A stretch of 64,000 bases of DNA from Octopus sinensis (Eukaryota), in the NCBI RefSeq assembly GCF_006345805.1, contig NC_043009.1:15934001-15998000 (forward strand), in the 5' to 3' direction. A program made the position numbers and the translations under genes. The notes under the pieces were generated by a model, which was given only the letters and a program-made list of their open reading frames with translations, did not search any database and was not told the origin of the DNA. This document shows positions 13,672 through 26,615 of the stretch, in pieces (positions within the stretch are counted from its first letter, which is position 1; every line of letters begins with the position of its first letter).

Positions 13672-14044
13672 ATTAGGCACAGTGATTAGGGCAGTGGATT
13701 CGCAGTCGTGGGGTCGCGGTTTCGATTCCCAGACCGGGAAATGTGAGTGTTTATTGAGCGAAAACACCTAAAGCTGCACGAGGCTCCGGCAGGGGGCGGT
13801 GGTGAACCCTGCTGTACTCTTCCACCACAACTTTCTCTCACTCATTCTTCCTGTTTCTGTTGTACCTGTATTTCAAAGTGCCAGCCTTGTCACACACTGT
13901 GTCACGCTGAACCTCCCCGAGAAATTTGTTAAGGGTACACGTGTCTGTGGAGTGCTCAGCCACTTGCACATTAATTTCACAAGCAAGCTGTTCCGTTGAT
14001 CCGATCAACTGCAACGCTCGTCGTCTAAACCGACGGAGTGCCAC
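13672..14044 (+). mobile_element. tRNA-derived SINE family C
   Basis: Head CACAGTGATTAGGGCAGTGGATTCG..GGTTTCGATTCCC has A/B-box-like motifs. GC-rich body; the 3' module is shared with 57519-57712. Confidence 0.8.
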
Positions 14045-14220
14045 GATTGTTTCATGTACAGGGAACATACCACATACATGCATACATATATACATGCTAC
14101 ATGGTTTCATGCATACATACATACACGTACATATATACACAGATAAAATGAGAGTGAGAGAGAGAGAAATGGAGGGACTTTTTTCTATGTGTCTATATCG
14201 ATATCTATGTAATACATATT

Positions 14221-14282
14221 CCTTTACTCTTTTATTCGTTTATTTCATTAGACTGCGGCCATGCAGAGGGACCACCTCGAAG
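14221..14282 (-). mobile_element. SINE family A tail fragment
   Basis: Reverse complement matches GCATGGCCGCAGTC..AATGA..AAAAGAGTAAAG. Confidence 0.65.
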
Positions 14283-14469
14283 AATATTATAGATATAAAT
14301 ACAAACATACGCATTATATATAAGTATGTGTATATATGTATGTACACATGATGGTGGAAAAACCGAAATCGTTCTCAATACTGTTGTTAAAGATTAATAA
14401 ATTTGTTCTCTACATAATTAAAGAAGACCTTCCAACTAATGCACACACACACGCACACATACACACATG

Positions 14470-14734
<265 letters not shown>

Positions 14735-14765
14735 ATGTTTGTATATTTACATATATATATATATA

Positions 14766-14796
<31 letters not shown>

Positions 14797-15259
14797 TATA
14801 TATAGTGTTTCATGGGTGTAATCTGCATGTATGCATACGTGTGTGGGCGGGCACACACGTCTGTGTGTGGTGCTAATTCAATATGTGAATGTTAGGAAAT
14901 ATGATATTTTGACGAGAGGGATAAAAAAAATATTTCGTGCGTTAAGGCGGTTGCTTTATGGGCTATTTACAAAGCATTTAGATTTGGCAGAGACAAACTT
15001 AAGAAGTCTACTCTTCACCTCTTATCCTATCTATACTTCTTTATTTTATCTGCTTCTTTACAGTCACTTCTTACCCTGAAGATCATGTGCAGCTATCGTC
15101 TAACAACACGTTCGAGCAAGAAATGCCTCTTTATGTAAATCATACACGAATGCAATATGTCTGTTTATCTTACGCACATATGTTTACATCGTTAATTGCT
15201 TTATCCAATGTTTGAAGCACGTAGGACCATCTTCCCTGCATTTCGAAGGCACACAGACA

Positions 15260-15555
<296 letters not shown>

Positions 15556-18072
15556 AATGTGAATGTGTGTGTATGCACATGTGAATTAAACTAACCTATG
15601 CATTCTACTTTTCGTTTCATGTGTTTTATTAAAGGAAGAAAATAAATGTAAATGTATGAACACAAAATGACTCTGGTTATAGAGTCTTTCACGTACAGAT
15701 AAAATGTCAATTCGTTGAACGTGAACACACAGATTATACACAAAAACACTATCAGTCAAAGAATATAATAGACTATAAGACACAACATACACCCACACAG
15801 AGTTATATACATATATGTACGTGAGAGAGAGAGAGAGAGAGAGAGAGAAGAGTGCGTGTGTTTGTGTGTGTGTGAGTGTGTGTGTGTGTGTGTGTGTGTT
15901 TGCTTGTGTGTCAAATAGAGTGTGTGTGTCTCTTTACACACACAAACTTATGCTAAAAAAATATGCAAAGTGTTTTGTTCATATGTATATGGAATCAGAT
16001 CGATAGTTCCATTGACATATATACATAGCTATATTGGAATATACTTTAAATTGATGCTTTTATATAAACCATATATCTTAACGATCGTTGTGTTTACAAG
16101 GAGATCTCTCATTTCTCTTTTTCACTCTCTTTTATTTTTTCTTCTCTGTCTCACGATGTGTGTGTGTGTTTGTGTGTGTATCCTATCCCTTTGAATATTC
16201 AATGAATATAGTTTTCTACTTATTTATGTAGTAATTGCTATCAATTAATCATTTTGAAAGTCTATCGATTTATTTATGTATATATTTTATACAATGCACA
16301 TATGAAGGAAATGTCTACATGCTGAAATACAAAACTGGAAAACAATCTGGTTAGATAAGAACTCGATAAAAAAAGAAACAGAGAAATATGACAAAATTAT
16401 TGGTAGTTGAAACTGCATATGCGTAAGTACGGTTTACGTGTAACCAGCGTAGAGGAAGTGAATTACGACCCTGCACAACGCTCCCAGTTCTATATCATAT
16501 GTGTGTGTGTGTACGTGCGTCTGCGTATATCTGTGCAAATAAGTCGCCTTTTTGGGGGTGTCAGTATCGAAGCAGTGTTGCAAACTTACGGGTCGTTAAA
16601 CCTTAAATACACTTCTAATTCTAAAGTTATTATGAGCGTTAAACCTGTATTTAGTTCTCTGTGAAATTAGCATGTTTACATGGCACGCATTTTAGATTTT
16701 CACAGAAAAGTTTTTGATGATGTTGCCGTTGTTGTTACGTTGATGACATCCTCTTCCTCATCACCTATTGTTCTGTTTGCACCGAGATCAGTCCTGACGA
16801 GGAGTCTGTCTAAATTCTTCTCTGTCTAAATTTGTAATCCATACATTTATTTTCAGGGACGATGCGTTCATGTTATTTTTTTCTAATAGTTAAGCGCTAT
16901 TCGGGAAATATATACTACTATATCTAGCATGTTATTCTTAGTCGAGTTCAGTGAGTTTTGTGACTTAATTGTTTAACAATTGTTTTATCTGTTTATGCAT
17001 CTTAAGTCTCTGCGATATTGAGAACACTTGGAGCTAAAATGGCTCTAACCTGACTGCATATGACCGCATATACGAACCTGTTGTTTATGGTTCAATCTCC
17101 TTTGCATCGGACCAGTCTGTCAAATCAGTTTATTGTAAACAATGTCAGACTCTCTCAAGTCTGGTGTATATCAGAGATCGGCGCGAGTAATTTAATATAT
17201 TGCCACTTCGCTTCCTGACATCTGTCCTTTGCCTCATCTTTAAGTCTTACAAATTTCTCCGTTATCCCCTAAATGCTTTTGTTAAGTTGTTTAAATACTG
17301 TTCAATCTTTTTTTAATCTTAATATTAGTATAAGGTTCATTACTGAAAGCATTGGCTTCACATTACACATATAAACAGATGAATTTGCATAGGTATGCAT
17401 AAATATGCACGCGTGTGCGTATGCATGTATGTGTGTACGTGTGTGCATGCGTATATGTGTGTTTATGCGTTTGTGACATACTTTTTTGAACGCGAACTGA
17501 TTTTTTTCCATACTGGTTTCTGCTGTCACTAGAAGGAATCTATTTAAAGTTATTTACGGACTACTAATAAATCGATGAAAATCTATTTGAACGTTATCAT
17601 CGAACGTGGACCTATACGACTATTTATCTTTCATGCTAAAAATACTTTTCTAAGCATGAAATCTCAGGGTACCTAAGCAGAGGAAATGGGTATGTGTGAT
17701 TCTCCTGCCTTTAACAAGAGCATGAATGGTTTTACAAATAATAATAAAAGACATGTAGGGTCCAAGAATAAACAGTGATTAATTTCCTGCTAACAGTTTT
17801 GTCAAATTAGTTTTATAAGTAGAAAGCACTTATTGACACAGAAACGGAGAGATTGAGCTTTTGTGCTGGTGGACATAATCAGAATTCAAAGAGTGTAATA
17901 TAGTCTCTTCATACGCATGTGTGTATATACGTATACAAACTATCACACACCTATGCACACGCATATAAGGTATATACACAGAAATAAACTGCATACATAC
18001 ATAAGCGCATACACGCATACACCTAAATTTATACATGGACACATAAAAAGAGGTACGAAATTTATATATATA

Positions 18073-18350
18073 CAATTGCAGCGTGGAAGGTGTTTATAAG
18101 CCATTTAAAAACACACAAAAACCTTTAAATTCGCGTCAACATTTAAATTGAATTTGCCAAAATGTTTTTGTCGCTTTCAGACCGCGACCTGTTCACTGAC
18201 AAAATTCAGTGCTGCATCTTACTGAAACTAAGTAATCCTGAAATGAAGTACAATATTCATCCAATTGATAAATCCACTGCAGTAACCGTGGAGTAAACGA
18301 TTTTCTCTTGTGGTTAGATGTCTAAAAACACCGTTCATGCCCAGCCCTAA
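18073..18350 (-). mobile_element. Penelope-like terminal fragment carrying the G3:C8 hammerhead variant
   Basis: 18073-18210 is homologous to 50996-51120, and 18220-18350 is homologous to 21478-21602. It abuts (TA)n on the left and a GIY-YIG ORF on the right. Confidence 0.6.
18150..18207 (-). ncRNA. Type I hammerhead-like motif with GUGAACA core
   Basis: GAAUUUUGUCA-GUGAACA-G-GUCGC-(9 nt)-GCGAC-[A]AAA-ACAUU-U-UGGCAAAUUC. Stems I and II pair; G12 is A here but G in the 51071-51119 copy. Confidence 0.65.
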
Positions 18351-18445
18351 CACTACACTATTGAATAGTGAGAGTGTTGTGTGGACGCTCCCAGACGATG
18401 AAGCAGGCTAGCCCAATATAGAGGGAGAAGTCTAGACGTCGGGAG

Positions 18446-18826
18446 TTGAGTAGAGGTCACCTCACTAAGAAACGAACAAGGGACAACAATCAATGTACAC
18501 TAACAAACTGTCCCATACGTGACACAGATTTATGCCAAAGGGTTAACGTTGTGTATAGAATACACTGTAACAAATGCAACATGTTCTATGTGGGTAGCAC
18601 AACAAGACCGTTACACTTCCGCATCAAAGAACATCTGAACACGAGAGCTTCCTCCTTCAGAAAACATCTAGACAGATGCGGGAACACCGACAAAGGCATA
18701 ACAGTCGCAACTGAGGCCAATGAAAGAAATTTGGGTAATTTAAGAATTAAGGAAGCTACACTCATACACAGACTAGGGCCCCAAATTAACAGCAGGCTGG
18801 AAGATGGTAATCAATATATTAGTTAG
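18446..18826 (+). pseudogene. Penelope-like element GIY-YIG endonuclease domain (5'-truncated ORF end)
   Basis: C..C..LC..NVVYRIHCNKCNMFYVGSTTRPLHFRIKEH..KH..LRIKEATLIHRLGPQIN contains the GIY/YIG strands and the conserved R, H, E and N residues typical of PLEs. Confidence 0.92.
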
Positions 18827-19225
18827 ATACATCTGGATGCGTGTGGGTTCATTTATTATAATATGCTAATCTCTAGTTTATAATAAAAAAAGAAGAGAAA
18901 AAAGAAGCGGAAGAAAAGGAAGCTGCACGTATAATACGTAACTTAGAAGCAGCGCTACGGGTGTACCAGCACACACAAGATTCAGACATGACCAACCTCA
19001 CACACTTCCCATGAGGAATTCCGGAAGGAGCATCGTGAGACCACTGCTGAGACGCTTCCAAATAGAAAAGAAAAGCCGTTACAAAACCGATTATAGCAGC
19101 GAATCCATCTAAGAATATCTGAAAAAGGATATTATTCCGAAATTATCATATCAGACTACGGATAACTAAATTACAACAGGTATATAGCCCATTGTTTGAC
19201 TTAGAGTGCATTTTATTCTTTACAA
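18827..19225 (+). mobile_element. Pseudo-LTR of the Penelope-like element, with degenerate hammerhead at 19115-19152
   Basis: Follows the GIY-YIG stop and ends at (TA)n. Contains ATAT-CTGAAAA-A-GGA-TATTAT-TCC-GAAA-TTATC-ATAT (G8 changed to A). Confidence 0.7.
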
Positions 19226-19243
19226 TATATATATATATATATA

Positions 19244-20487
19244 CAGGGTGTCTCAAAAAAATGTATACACACTTTAGCAGCTGATAACTCAATTGATATT
19301 TTTTCTTTCCAGATAAAACCTATAGGATTTAATGATGGCAGTCAGATTAAGCTTTGAACAAAGAAAATTCATTCTAAAATGATACTGGAAGTGTGAAAAT
19401 GCAGTTGAAGTGCAAAAACAGTGGGGGAGGGAGTTTCAAACAGATCCACCAATGCAACTCCCTATCACTTGAATTAGAGATAAGTTTGAAGCTGATGGAA
19501 CTGTTCAGAATGTCCACGATAAACATTCCAGAAGACCCCGAACATCAACAACCCCAACAAAGCAAGGAGTACTGGAAATGAATCACCAAAGTCCAAGAAA
19601 ATCTGTGCGGCAAAGCGAGTCATGAGGTAGGTATTCCAAAATCATCTGTCCAATGCATTTTGAAGCATTGTCAATGGAAAAGTTACATTCCAAGATTAGT
19701 CCATGCTATTAATGATGATGATCCAGACGAAAGAGTGCAGCATTGCGAGTGGTACTTGGAACGATGTGTAGAAGATGCACACTTTCCAACAAAGATTGTG
19801 TGGAGTGATGAAGCCACATTCAAATTAAATGGTTCAATTAACTGCCACAATTGCACCTACTGAGGTCCTGAGAATCTGCATATTATGGTGAAACACCATG
19901 TTAATTTGATATTTGTGTGGTGTGGTTTATCATCAAGAGGATTAATTGGACCATTCTTTTGTTATGCTACTGTGACTGGTCCGTTTACATGAACTTGTTG
20001 CAACAGTCTGTTATGCCAAGCATTAGAGAAGACTTTGAAGATGAGGAGTTTATTTTCAGCAAGATGGGGCACCCCCACACTACCATTGCTATGTTAGATC
20101 CTTCCTTGATGAGATCTTGCTAAACAAGTGGATTGGATGAAGAGGTATGGTTGAATTCACCAGACCTCACACCACTAGACGTTTTTATGGGGATACCTTA
20201 AAGACAAATTCTACGCTATGAAACCTACAAGTCGCTGATTTGAGAGCAGCCATTGGACGAGAGTGCACACAAATACCAAACAAATTCTTTTGTGATATTT
20301 GTTATTCCATTCCTTTGCGTTGTCAGCAGTGCCTGGACCAGACCAGACATCAGTTTGAAAACAGGCATTGACAAAACAATAAAATAATGTCTGTAGATTC
20401 TATTAAATTTTAAAAATGAAGTGTCTTTTAATAAACAACTACTTTACAATTGTTTAAAGTGTGCATACATTTTTTTGGGACACCCTG
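19244..20487 (+). mobile_element. Full-length decayed Tc1/mariner (maT/DD37D-like) transposon
   Basis: TIRs CAGGGTGTCTCAAAAAAATGTATACACACTTTA / TAAAGTGTGCATACATTTTTTTGGGACACCCTG, flanked by TA on both sides. Confidence 0.95.
19335..20371 (+). pseudogene. Transposase pseudogene of the Tc1/mariner element
   Basis: [64 protein letters not shown], interrupted by several stops and frameshifts. Confidence 0.92.
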
Positions 20488-20494
20488 TATATAT

Positions 20495-20640
20495 ATGGAG
20501 AGTTTACGAAAAAAAAACCAAAAGACGAAGACAGGTGGTGTACAAAACAAACAGATGTATTAGTATAACGCTCATGAATAGAAAAAAGTATTTTACGTTT
20601 CGAGCCTACGCTCTTCTACAGAAAGGGACACAGAAAACGT
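20495..20640 (-). mobile_element. Penelope-like pseudo-LTR fragment with hammerhead-like motif (20591-20624)
   Basis: Minus strand reads UUU-CUGUAGA-A-GAGC-GUAG-GCUC-GAAA-CG-UA-AAA. Related to 55546-55753. Confidence 0.7.
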
Positions 20641-20725
20641 TAAGTTCAAAGGATTTTGACGTCGTGCTGTATTGCAAGGATTTCTCATCAAGAGTAGAGT
20701 CCACAGTGATCCCTAGGTAGGAGGG

Positions 20726-20765
<40 letters not shown>

Positions 20766-21477
20766 TTATTTTCATTTGCTACAATTGTTTCTACGCAACG
20801 TAGTGATTGAATATAAATGTCCAACCGTACTCTTCTCTTTGTTGACTCCAACTTTTTCAGTTATCTATTCAAACACTACAGAAGCCCAAACGCAAACTTT
20901 GAAGTGCATGTAATGCTACTACTGGATGGCACAGGGTGATATCTGAGGGTGGACGGGCTTTATACTCTACTCTACTACGTTCATAACAGAATATAACATA
21001 ACTGTATATATACACTCTCACATACACTCAGTTACATAAACAAACACGCACGCGTGTGCACACACACAAACACACACGCGCGCGCACACACTGCTCCATA
21101 AAGGTAAACCAACCAAAAGATTACCGGATTCAGTGAGAGATAAATATTAATTAATATTCACGATATAAAGATACGAGCTACTATCAGTTTCAGGCATTTG
21201 GAGGCGCGGGTCTAGACAGGTTCATTTTTGGTATAATGCTTGAAGACTCAAGGCGTATTATAAAAGTTTGTCGAGAATCCGCTCGTATCTTTGTAATGGG
21301 AGTAGAATGGAACAGGAAAGTTGATTTATATTACATTTCGAATAACATAATTAACGCGTATTTCACTAGTGAATACTATTGGGTATTGCATTATGCGATA
21401 ACATTTTCATAAAATATTGTAGCTACGGCTCTTCAGAGAAATTTTGTAATTCGGATCAGAGCAAAAACTCAGTACTT

Positions 21478-21602
21478 TTACGAAGTAACCTTGATATGAA
21501 TTACAATATTCATCTAATGGATAAATCCACTGCAGTAACCGCAGAGAAAACAATTTCTTGTGGTAAGATGTCTGCAAACACCGTACATGCCCAGCGCTAA
21601 CC
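21478..21602. repeat. Diverged copy of the 18220-18350 repeat
   Basis: Shared ACAATATTCATC..GATAAATCCACTGCAGTAACCG..TCTTGTGGT.AGATGTCT..AAACACCGT.CATGCCCAGC.CTAAC. Confidence 0.85.
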
Positions 21603-22146
21603 CTGCCGTATTGCCAAATGATGCGTTTGTAGCTCTTTAAGTGTTAACAATGGGAAATAGTGAAGAGAGGTAAATCTGAACAGAGGTAACAATATATTGT
21701 AGCTAACATATTTTAACCAGCCTAAATTTCACTTATGCATAAAAACTGAGTGGAACTAATACTGCTGAATTTCTTCACATTTGGCTGTCTAACAGCGGAA
21801 CTGAGTCAATGTTGTTGACTGCGTTTTAGTTAAAGCGACAGTTTGAAATCTGTCCAGAGTTACCTCTCTTCTGTATTTCTTATTGATTACTGTTAAAGCG
21901 TTAGAAATGCAACATCTGGAGTTTCTTCATGGGGCAACTCTCGGCACATATCGTGTTTTTATAAGTTTTACCATAAGTGTGAGGGTTTTCCCCTCGGTAA
22001 CTGCTGTTAATTTGCCTTTTGAAGATGGCATATATCACGCAATATTATAACAAAGTTAAAATTCGCATGTATATAATATATACGTATACATATACATACA
22101 TATATATTCAACTTACGATGAAAGTAAACAAAGTTCTCTTATATGA

Positions 22147-22185
<39 letters not shown>

Positions 22186-22186
22186 G

Positions 22187-22217
<31 letters not shown>

Positions 22218-22624
22218 TGTGTGTGTCTGTGTGTGTGTATGTATGTATGTATGAATGTATGTATGTATGCATGTATGTATGCATGTATGTGTGTGTGTAT
22301 GCATATATATACATATGTGTGTGTGTCTACATTGCTGTTTAAATTATTTTTTATATACACACACATGGTGAAAGTCAATCCATGGCACTTCCTAAAATCA
22401 GTAAATGTATGCAACATATTTCTTGTACAAGATTACCTTTCCATAAAAGGAAGTTCTGGCGAGATTAAGAGATCTTTTACTCCCAATCAGTCGTAACGTG
22501 CTAGTTTACCCACAACTAGGAAAATAACAGGTATTACACTTCGGTTCAGCGTAAACCTGGGAACAATAATAGCTCAAAGCCGATTCCACATTATTTAAAA
22601 CCCAAGAACTTGTCCTGGTAAGGA

Positions 22625-22890
22625 GTTTAAACTGCATCCAGTAGTAACGAAGGTAAAGCACGCCGGCTGAATTCGCTTGGCACACATTGACCTTGAACTA
22701 TGCCCTACATGATCACTAACTTTTAACGTCCTAGCTCAGTTCCGCTGTTTACAGCAGCGCTTGGAAGGAATATATGTAACGTGTAATCGTTCCATTGACC
22801 ATAAAAGAGGAAGTTGAGAAGAGAATCTGTATCAAATTTTGCCAAAATCTTGGCGATACTTGCTCAGAGGCCTACGCAAAATTTTCAAAA
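22625..22890 (+). mobile_element. Mariner 5' end fragment
   Basis: EEVEKRICIKFCQNLGDTCSEAYAK (mariner N-terminus). The upstream 180 bp is homologous to the reverse complement of 23255-23440. Confidence 0.82.
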
Positions 22891-22959
22891 ATTGCTCATT
22901 CTTCTCGACACAATCAAGATCTTGTGCAACTGAAACCCTGGTGTCCTTTTAGCCATCTG

Positions 22960-23462
22960 AAAACAGTTTTGCAGACACGCATCTCATACCACAATCTTAA
23001 GTGATAATGGACTGAACGGAACCGTAACTAATCTGCACATCCTCTGATAACTCATGGATGGGGATTTGACGATTTCCCGTCACAGTTGCATGCACATCTG
23101 CGATGTTTTTCTCAGTCCTCCTGGTTGAGGGTCTCCCAGAACGTTCGTCAATATCTACATATTAGCCCATCTTAAAAACGTCTGAACCACTTGTACACTT
23201 GTGTGCGGCTCATACACTCCTATCCAAACACTTTCTTCTAGGTGTCGCTATGACAACTTTCTCTGTCATGCTCAATGCAACGATCATACGCTACACACCT
23301 TCCTTTCAAGCACTGCTGTAAACAGCAGAAGTGACCTACAATGTTGAAACTTGGTGTGTGTGCATAGCAGAGGTCAAGATCAATGTGTGCTAAGCGACTT
23401 TACACTACATGTTTTGCTTCGTTACTATGGTAACAATTCGGATACTTATTGATCAGACCTCG
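22960..23462 (-). mobile_element. Mariner 5' half (TIR plus HTH region), opposite orientation
   Basis: TA|CGAGGTCTGATCAATAAGTATCC TIR. Minus-strand MSRTQVYKWFRRFK..DERSGRPST..NIADV..ELSEDVQISYGSVQSII..MRCVSAK. Confidence 0.9.
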
Positions 23463-23478
23463 TATATATGTGTATATA

Positions 23479-23534
<56 letters not shown>

Positions 23535-23997
23535 TACATACATAGAGACACGCGTATACACACACATACACTCAAACAGACATATATACGTATATTATTG
23601 ATGTGTTTGTGTGAATAAAGAGAGAGACGGGGCGCGATACAGACAATGAGACAATTTAGAGGGAAGGAAGGAGATCTAGCTATATGTGAGACTTTGGTAC
23701 ACCTGCATTTATAAACGTAAATATTAAAAAATAGTTCATAAGTTCGGTGATAAAAAGAAAAGATAGATAAGCAATCGGTTGCTTTTGGATAATAAACATC
23801 AATAATTGCATAAACATGACAAGTTAATGTTGTAAAATATATGGCACGGTTACAGGAGCTGAATAAATTATTGGCATGTAGTTAATGTCATTTTGCAATC
23901 ACCTAGTTTTCCAGATGAATTCGATAGACAGACAGACTGGTAGGAAGGCAGGTAGACAGGCATGCAGGCAAGCATAGAGGCATGTAGACAGAGAAAC

Positions 23998-24061
<64 letters not shown>

Positions 24062-24245
24062 GGATTTCTTTATTGACCATGCTTTTTGTCTCTTCTGTGT
24101 AAACACAGAAGGTACAAAATACAAAGTAGAGCTTTTCTTTTTGGGAAGAAGAGAAGGGGAAAAAAGGGGGTGAATTCCGATCAAAAGGGATTGTAAAAAA
24201 AAAGGGTAGGTGGAATTCCGATCAAAAGGGTTCGTGTTTTTTTTT
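24062..24245 (-). mobile_element. Probable retroelement 3' end fragment in (GATA)n, with an 18-bp internal direct repeat
   Basis: Minus strand ends AATAAAGAAAT followed by (CTAT)n. GAATTCCGATCAAAAGGG occurs twice. Confidence 0.4.
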
Positions 24246-25159
24246 GTTTTTCTTTTTTTTAGATAGATAGATAGATAGATAACAAAAGGTTACAAAACTA
24301 ATTTAATGGATAACACAGAATTATGAAGAGTTTGGTTTCAGTTGTAGTTTCTCTGCCATATTAATTGTGTATTTGAACACAGAAACCGTATTAGACCGGT
24401 CAAGACTTTATGGTAAATATCTGAAAAACAGCCATTGGTTTCTATAATGAAGAATATTTTATGAACACCATTTGCTTCCAAAACATCTTCGCATTTGCTC
24501 TATCAATAGCCAGCTGCAGGCATCATATTTCGCATCGTATTCAAAATTGCGTCTACATCCCAGAGATGTTATGGACTTGGTTATATTAGCTTTGGTTCAT
24601 GTAGCAGTTGTAATAAGGGATTACTTTGGAACAAGAAGAATTTCAATATTTGTACTGATTAATCATTTGTATAAATATTCGTAACGTTTACTCTTTGTCT
24701 TCGCTCGACGTTTCATGTTCTCTCATTATGTAACATGAAATGGTTGGTTCACTTTGCTTTAGAATTCAATAATGTTCTTGATGACTGTTTTAATACCGCT
24801 ATTACAAAGGATTAACCAATAGAATATTATGGCCTCATCAACTACGAAATTGAAAATAGTTAACTCTAACATGTCAACTGTAGTTTACTACGTTATTGTA
24901 TCATTTTAGTAGAGAGTTAAAAAAAAATAGCACTACAATTCGTATCATAATTTTAGATATATAATATACAATAACATCAGCTGAATTTATATCTAGTTTA
25001 TATGTAATTAATAAAAGTTCAAGTATGGAGACTAACACTGAATATACTTTGTGATCCTAACTAATTTTTAAAAAAAGTTTTGTGTTGTTCAAAATTACAG
25101 CTTAGAGAAACATCTTTGTTAAAGTATTATAAATGTTAATCTCTCAAGCAATTTCCCTT

Positions 25160-25320
25160 CGCGCGTAAGTGGAAGCAGAATGTTGTAATCACTTTGTTTG
25201 TTTGTGTGTTTCAAATTTACTGGAAAATGGCTGAAAGGATTTTCGTCACATTTGGCAGAAATACTCATTGTGTGAGTGGCTCGAAACGCTGAACTTTTGG
25301 TTTGATTATCTTTAAAAATA
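25160..25320 (+). mobile_element. Helitron/Helentron-associated (HINE-like) fragment
   Basis: (GTTT)n followed by AAAATGGCTGAAAGGATTTTCGTCACATTTGGCA, resembling the conserved 5' core of non-autonomous rolling-circle elements (recall). Confidence 0.45.
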
Positions 25321-25487
25321 TATATATTTTTAAAATCGAACTTAAAAATTTCCCGATAAGCAAGTGGTCATATTATTTTATTCACTTTATTTTTCATATG
25401 AATCGACCTTCATCTGTGTAGTATAGATTATGATGTACCTATGCTCGTAGACACGTGTGCATGCATACATGCATACATAGATATGCA

Positions 25488-25540
<53 letters not shown>

Positions 25541-25599
25541 ATAGTGATGGATTCGAGGGTATCGTTTATTTACCAATTGATTTCTTAGTTTCGCCGGAG

Positions 25600-26615
25600 T
25601 ATAAATCTCACTATAACGGGCGTTATGTCCGTCTGTCTGTATCTTCCCTTTTCACGGTCAAACGGCTGGACCAATGGTCACGATGATTTTGGGGATTACG
25701 AAGGAAGTAATCAGGAATGTTTTTAGCGAAAGCAATGTGAAAATGTATGATTATTTAGTGGATATTAAGGGTAATTGTTCAGTTTACCGGCGCCAAAAAG
25801 TAGATAAAAATTAAGGGGGATATAAGTAGTAAAAGAAGCAAAGGGAAGTAAGTCGACTTACTTTTAATCATACTGCATACAAAGCTGATACAGCATCCAA
25901 ATAGTGAACAAATATTTTATTCTTCTCCACTGAATTATGCCATAATAAATTCATGCAAATACGAAACAAGCAAAGCCTCTGAAGTGCTGAATTGAAGGCA
26001 TAATTTGCGTGTCAGATATTTTCCACATGTTTCCAATATTTTCTTCATGTGCAATCCCCTCGTGAGTGTATGCGCTACCATATAAATTTCCAATATTATG
26101 GTACGATCGACAGCCATCACTTACTATGTGACTCCCTGGCAGAGTCCATCGTTGAATTAATGCTATCAAAGTTTGCCCTCTATTCTGCCGAAGACTCACA
26201 CCCCTTAATTTTTATTTAGTTTTTTTTTAAGCCCGTAAACTGAACAATTACCGATATTGAGATTTGTATAAATAAATCACTTTTTATTTTTTTTCTTTTG
26301 TCAAAATTCCGGTGACTAGGATTAACTCTGGATTCCACCACCCCCGTATAGTTCGTGAATTAGAGGGTTTAGATTTACGCCACTATCCTGTTATTTCCCA
26401 TCGTAGATGAGCAGACACCTAAAGATCCGCTTGCGCATTCAAAACAAACAAAGTACAGGGCCAGACTTTAAATCGTGTAGTGGTATTTTTAGCCACTCCG
26501 ATGTTTACACACGGTCAGTTATACGTTGCTGTGAGCAGAGCAACGGACGCCAGTAATTTGAAAATGAGTGTCAACCAAACAGGAAATATCGTCTACAAAG
26601 AAGTTTATTTAATCA
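25600..26615 (+). mobile_element. Helitron remnant (5' core plus helicase C-terminus) interrupted by a Merlin element
   Basis: GTCCGTCTGTCTGT..CAAACGGCTGGACCAAT at 25627-25675. Region 26447-26612 translates NKVQGQTLNRVVVFLATPMFTHGQLYVAVSRA..TGNIVYKEV, the Pif1-type RepHel C-terminal motifs. Confidence 0.85.
25770..26252 (-). mobile_element. Internally deleted Merlin (IS1016/ISXO2-like) DNA transposon
   Basis: TIRs GGTAATTGTTCAGTTTAC / GTAAACTGAACAATTACC; 9-bp TSD GATATTAAG / GATATTGAG. Minus-strand TLIALIQRWTLPGSHIVSDGCRSY..YTHEGIAH. Confidence 0.92.

Noticed and set aside
21395-21475. Canonical CUGAAGA hammerhead partner of the G3:C8 family on the minus strand
   Set aside because: The core-like heptamer is present, but stem II and its register with the 18150 copy could not be established by eye.
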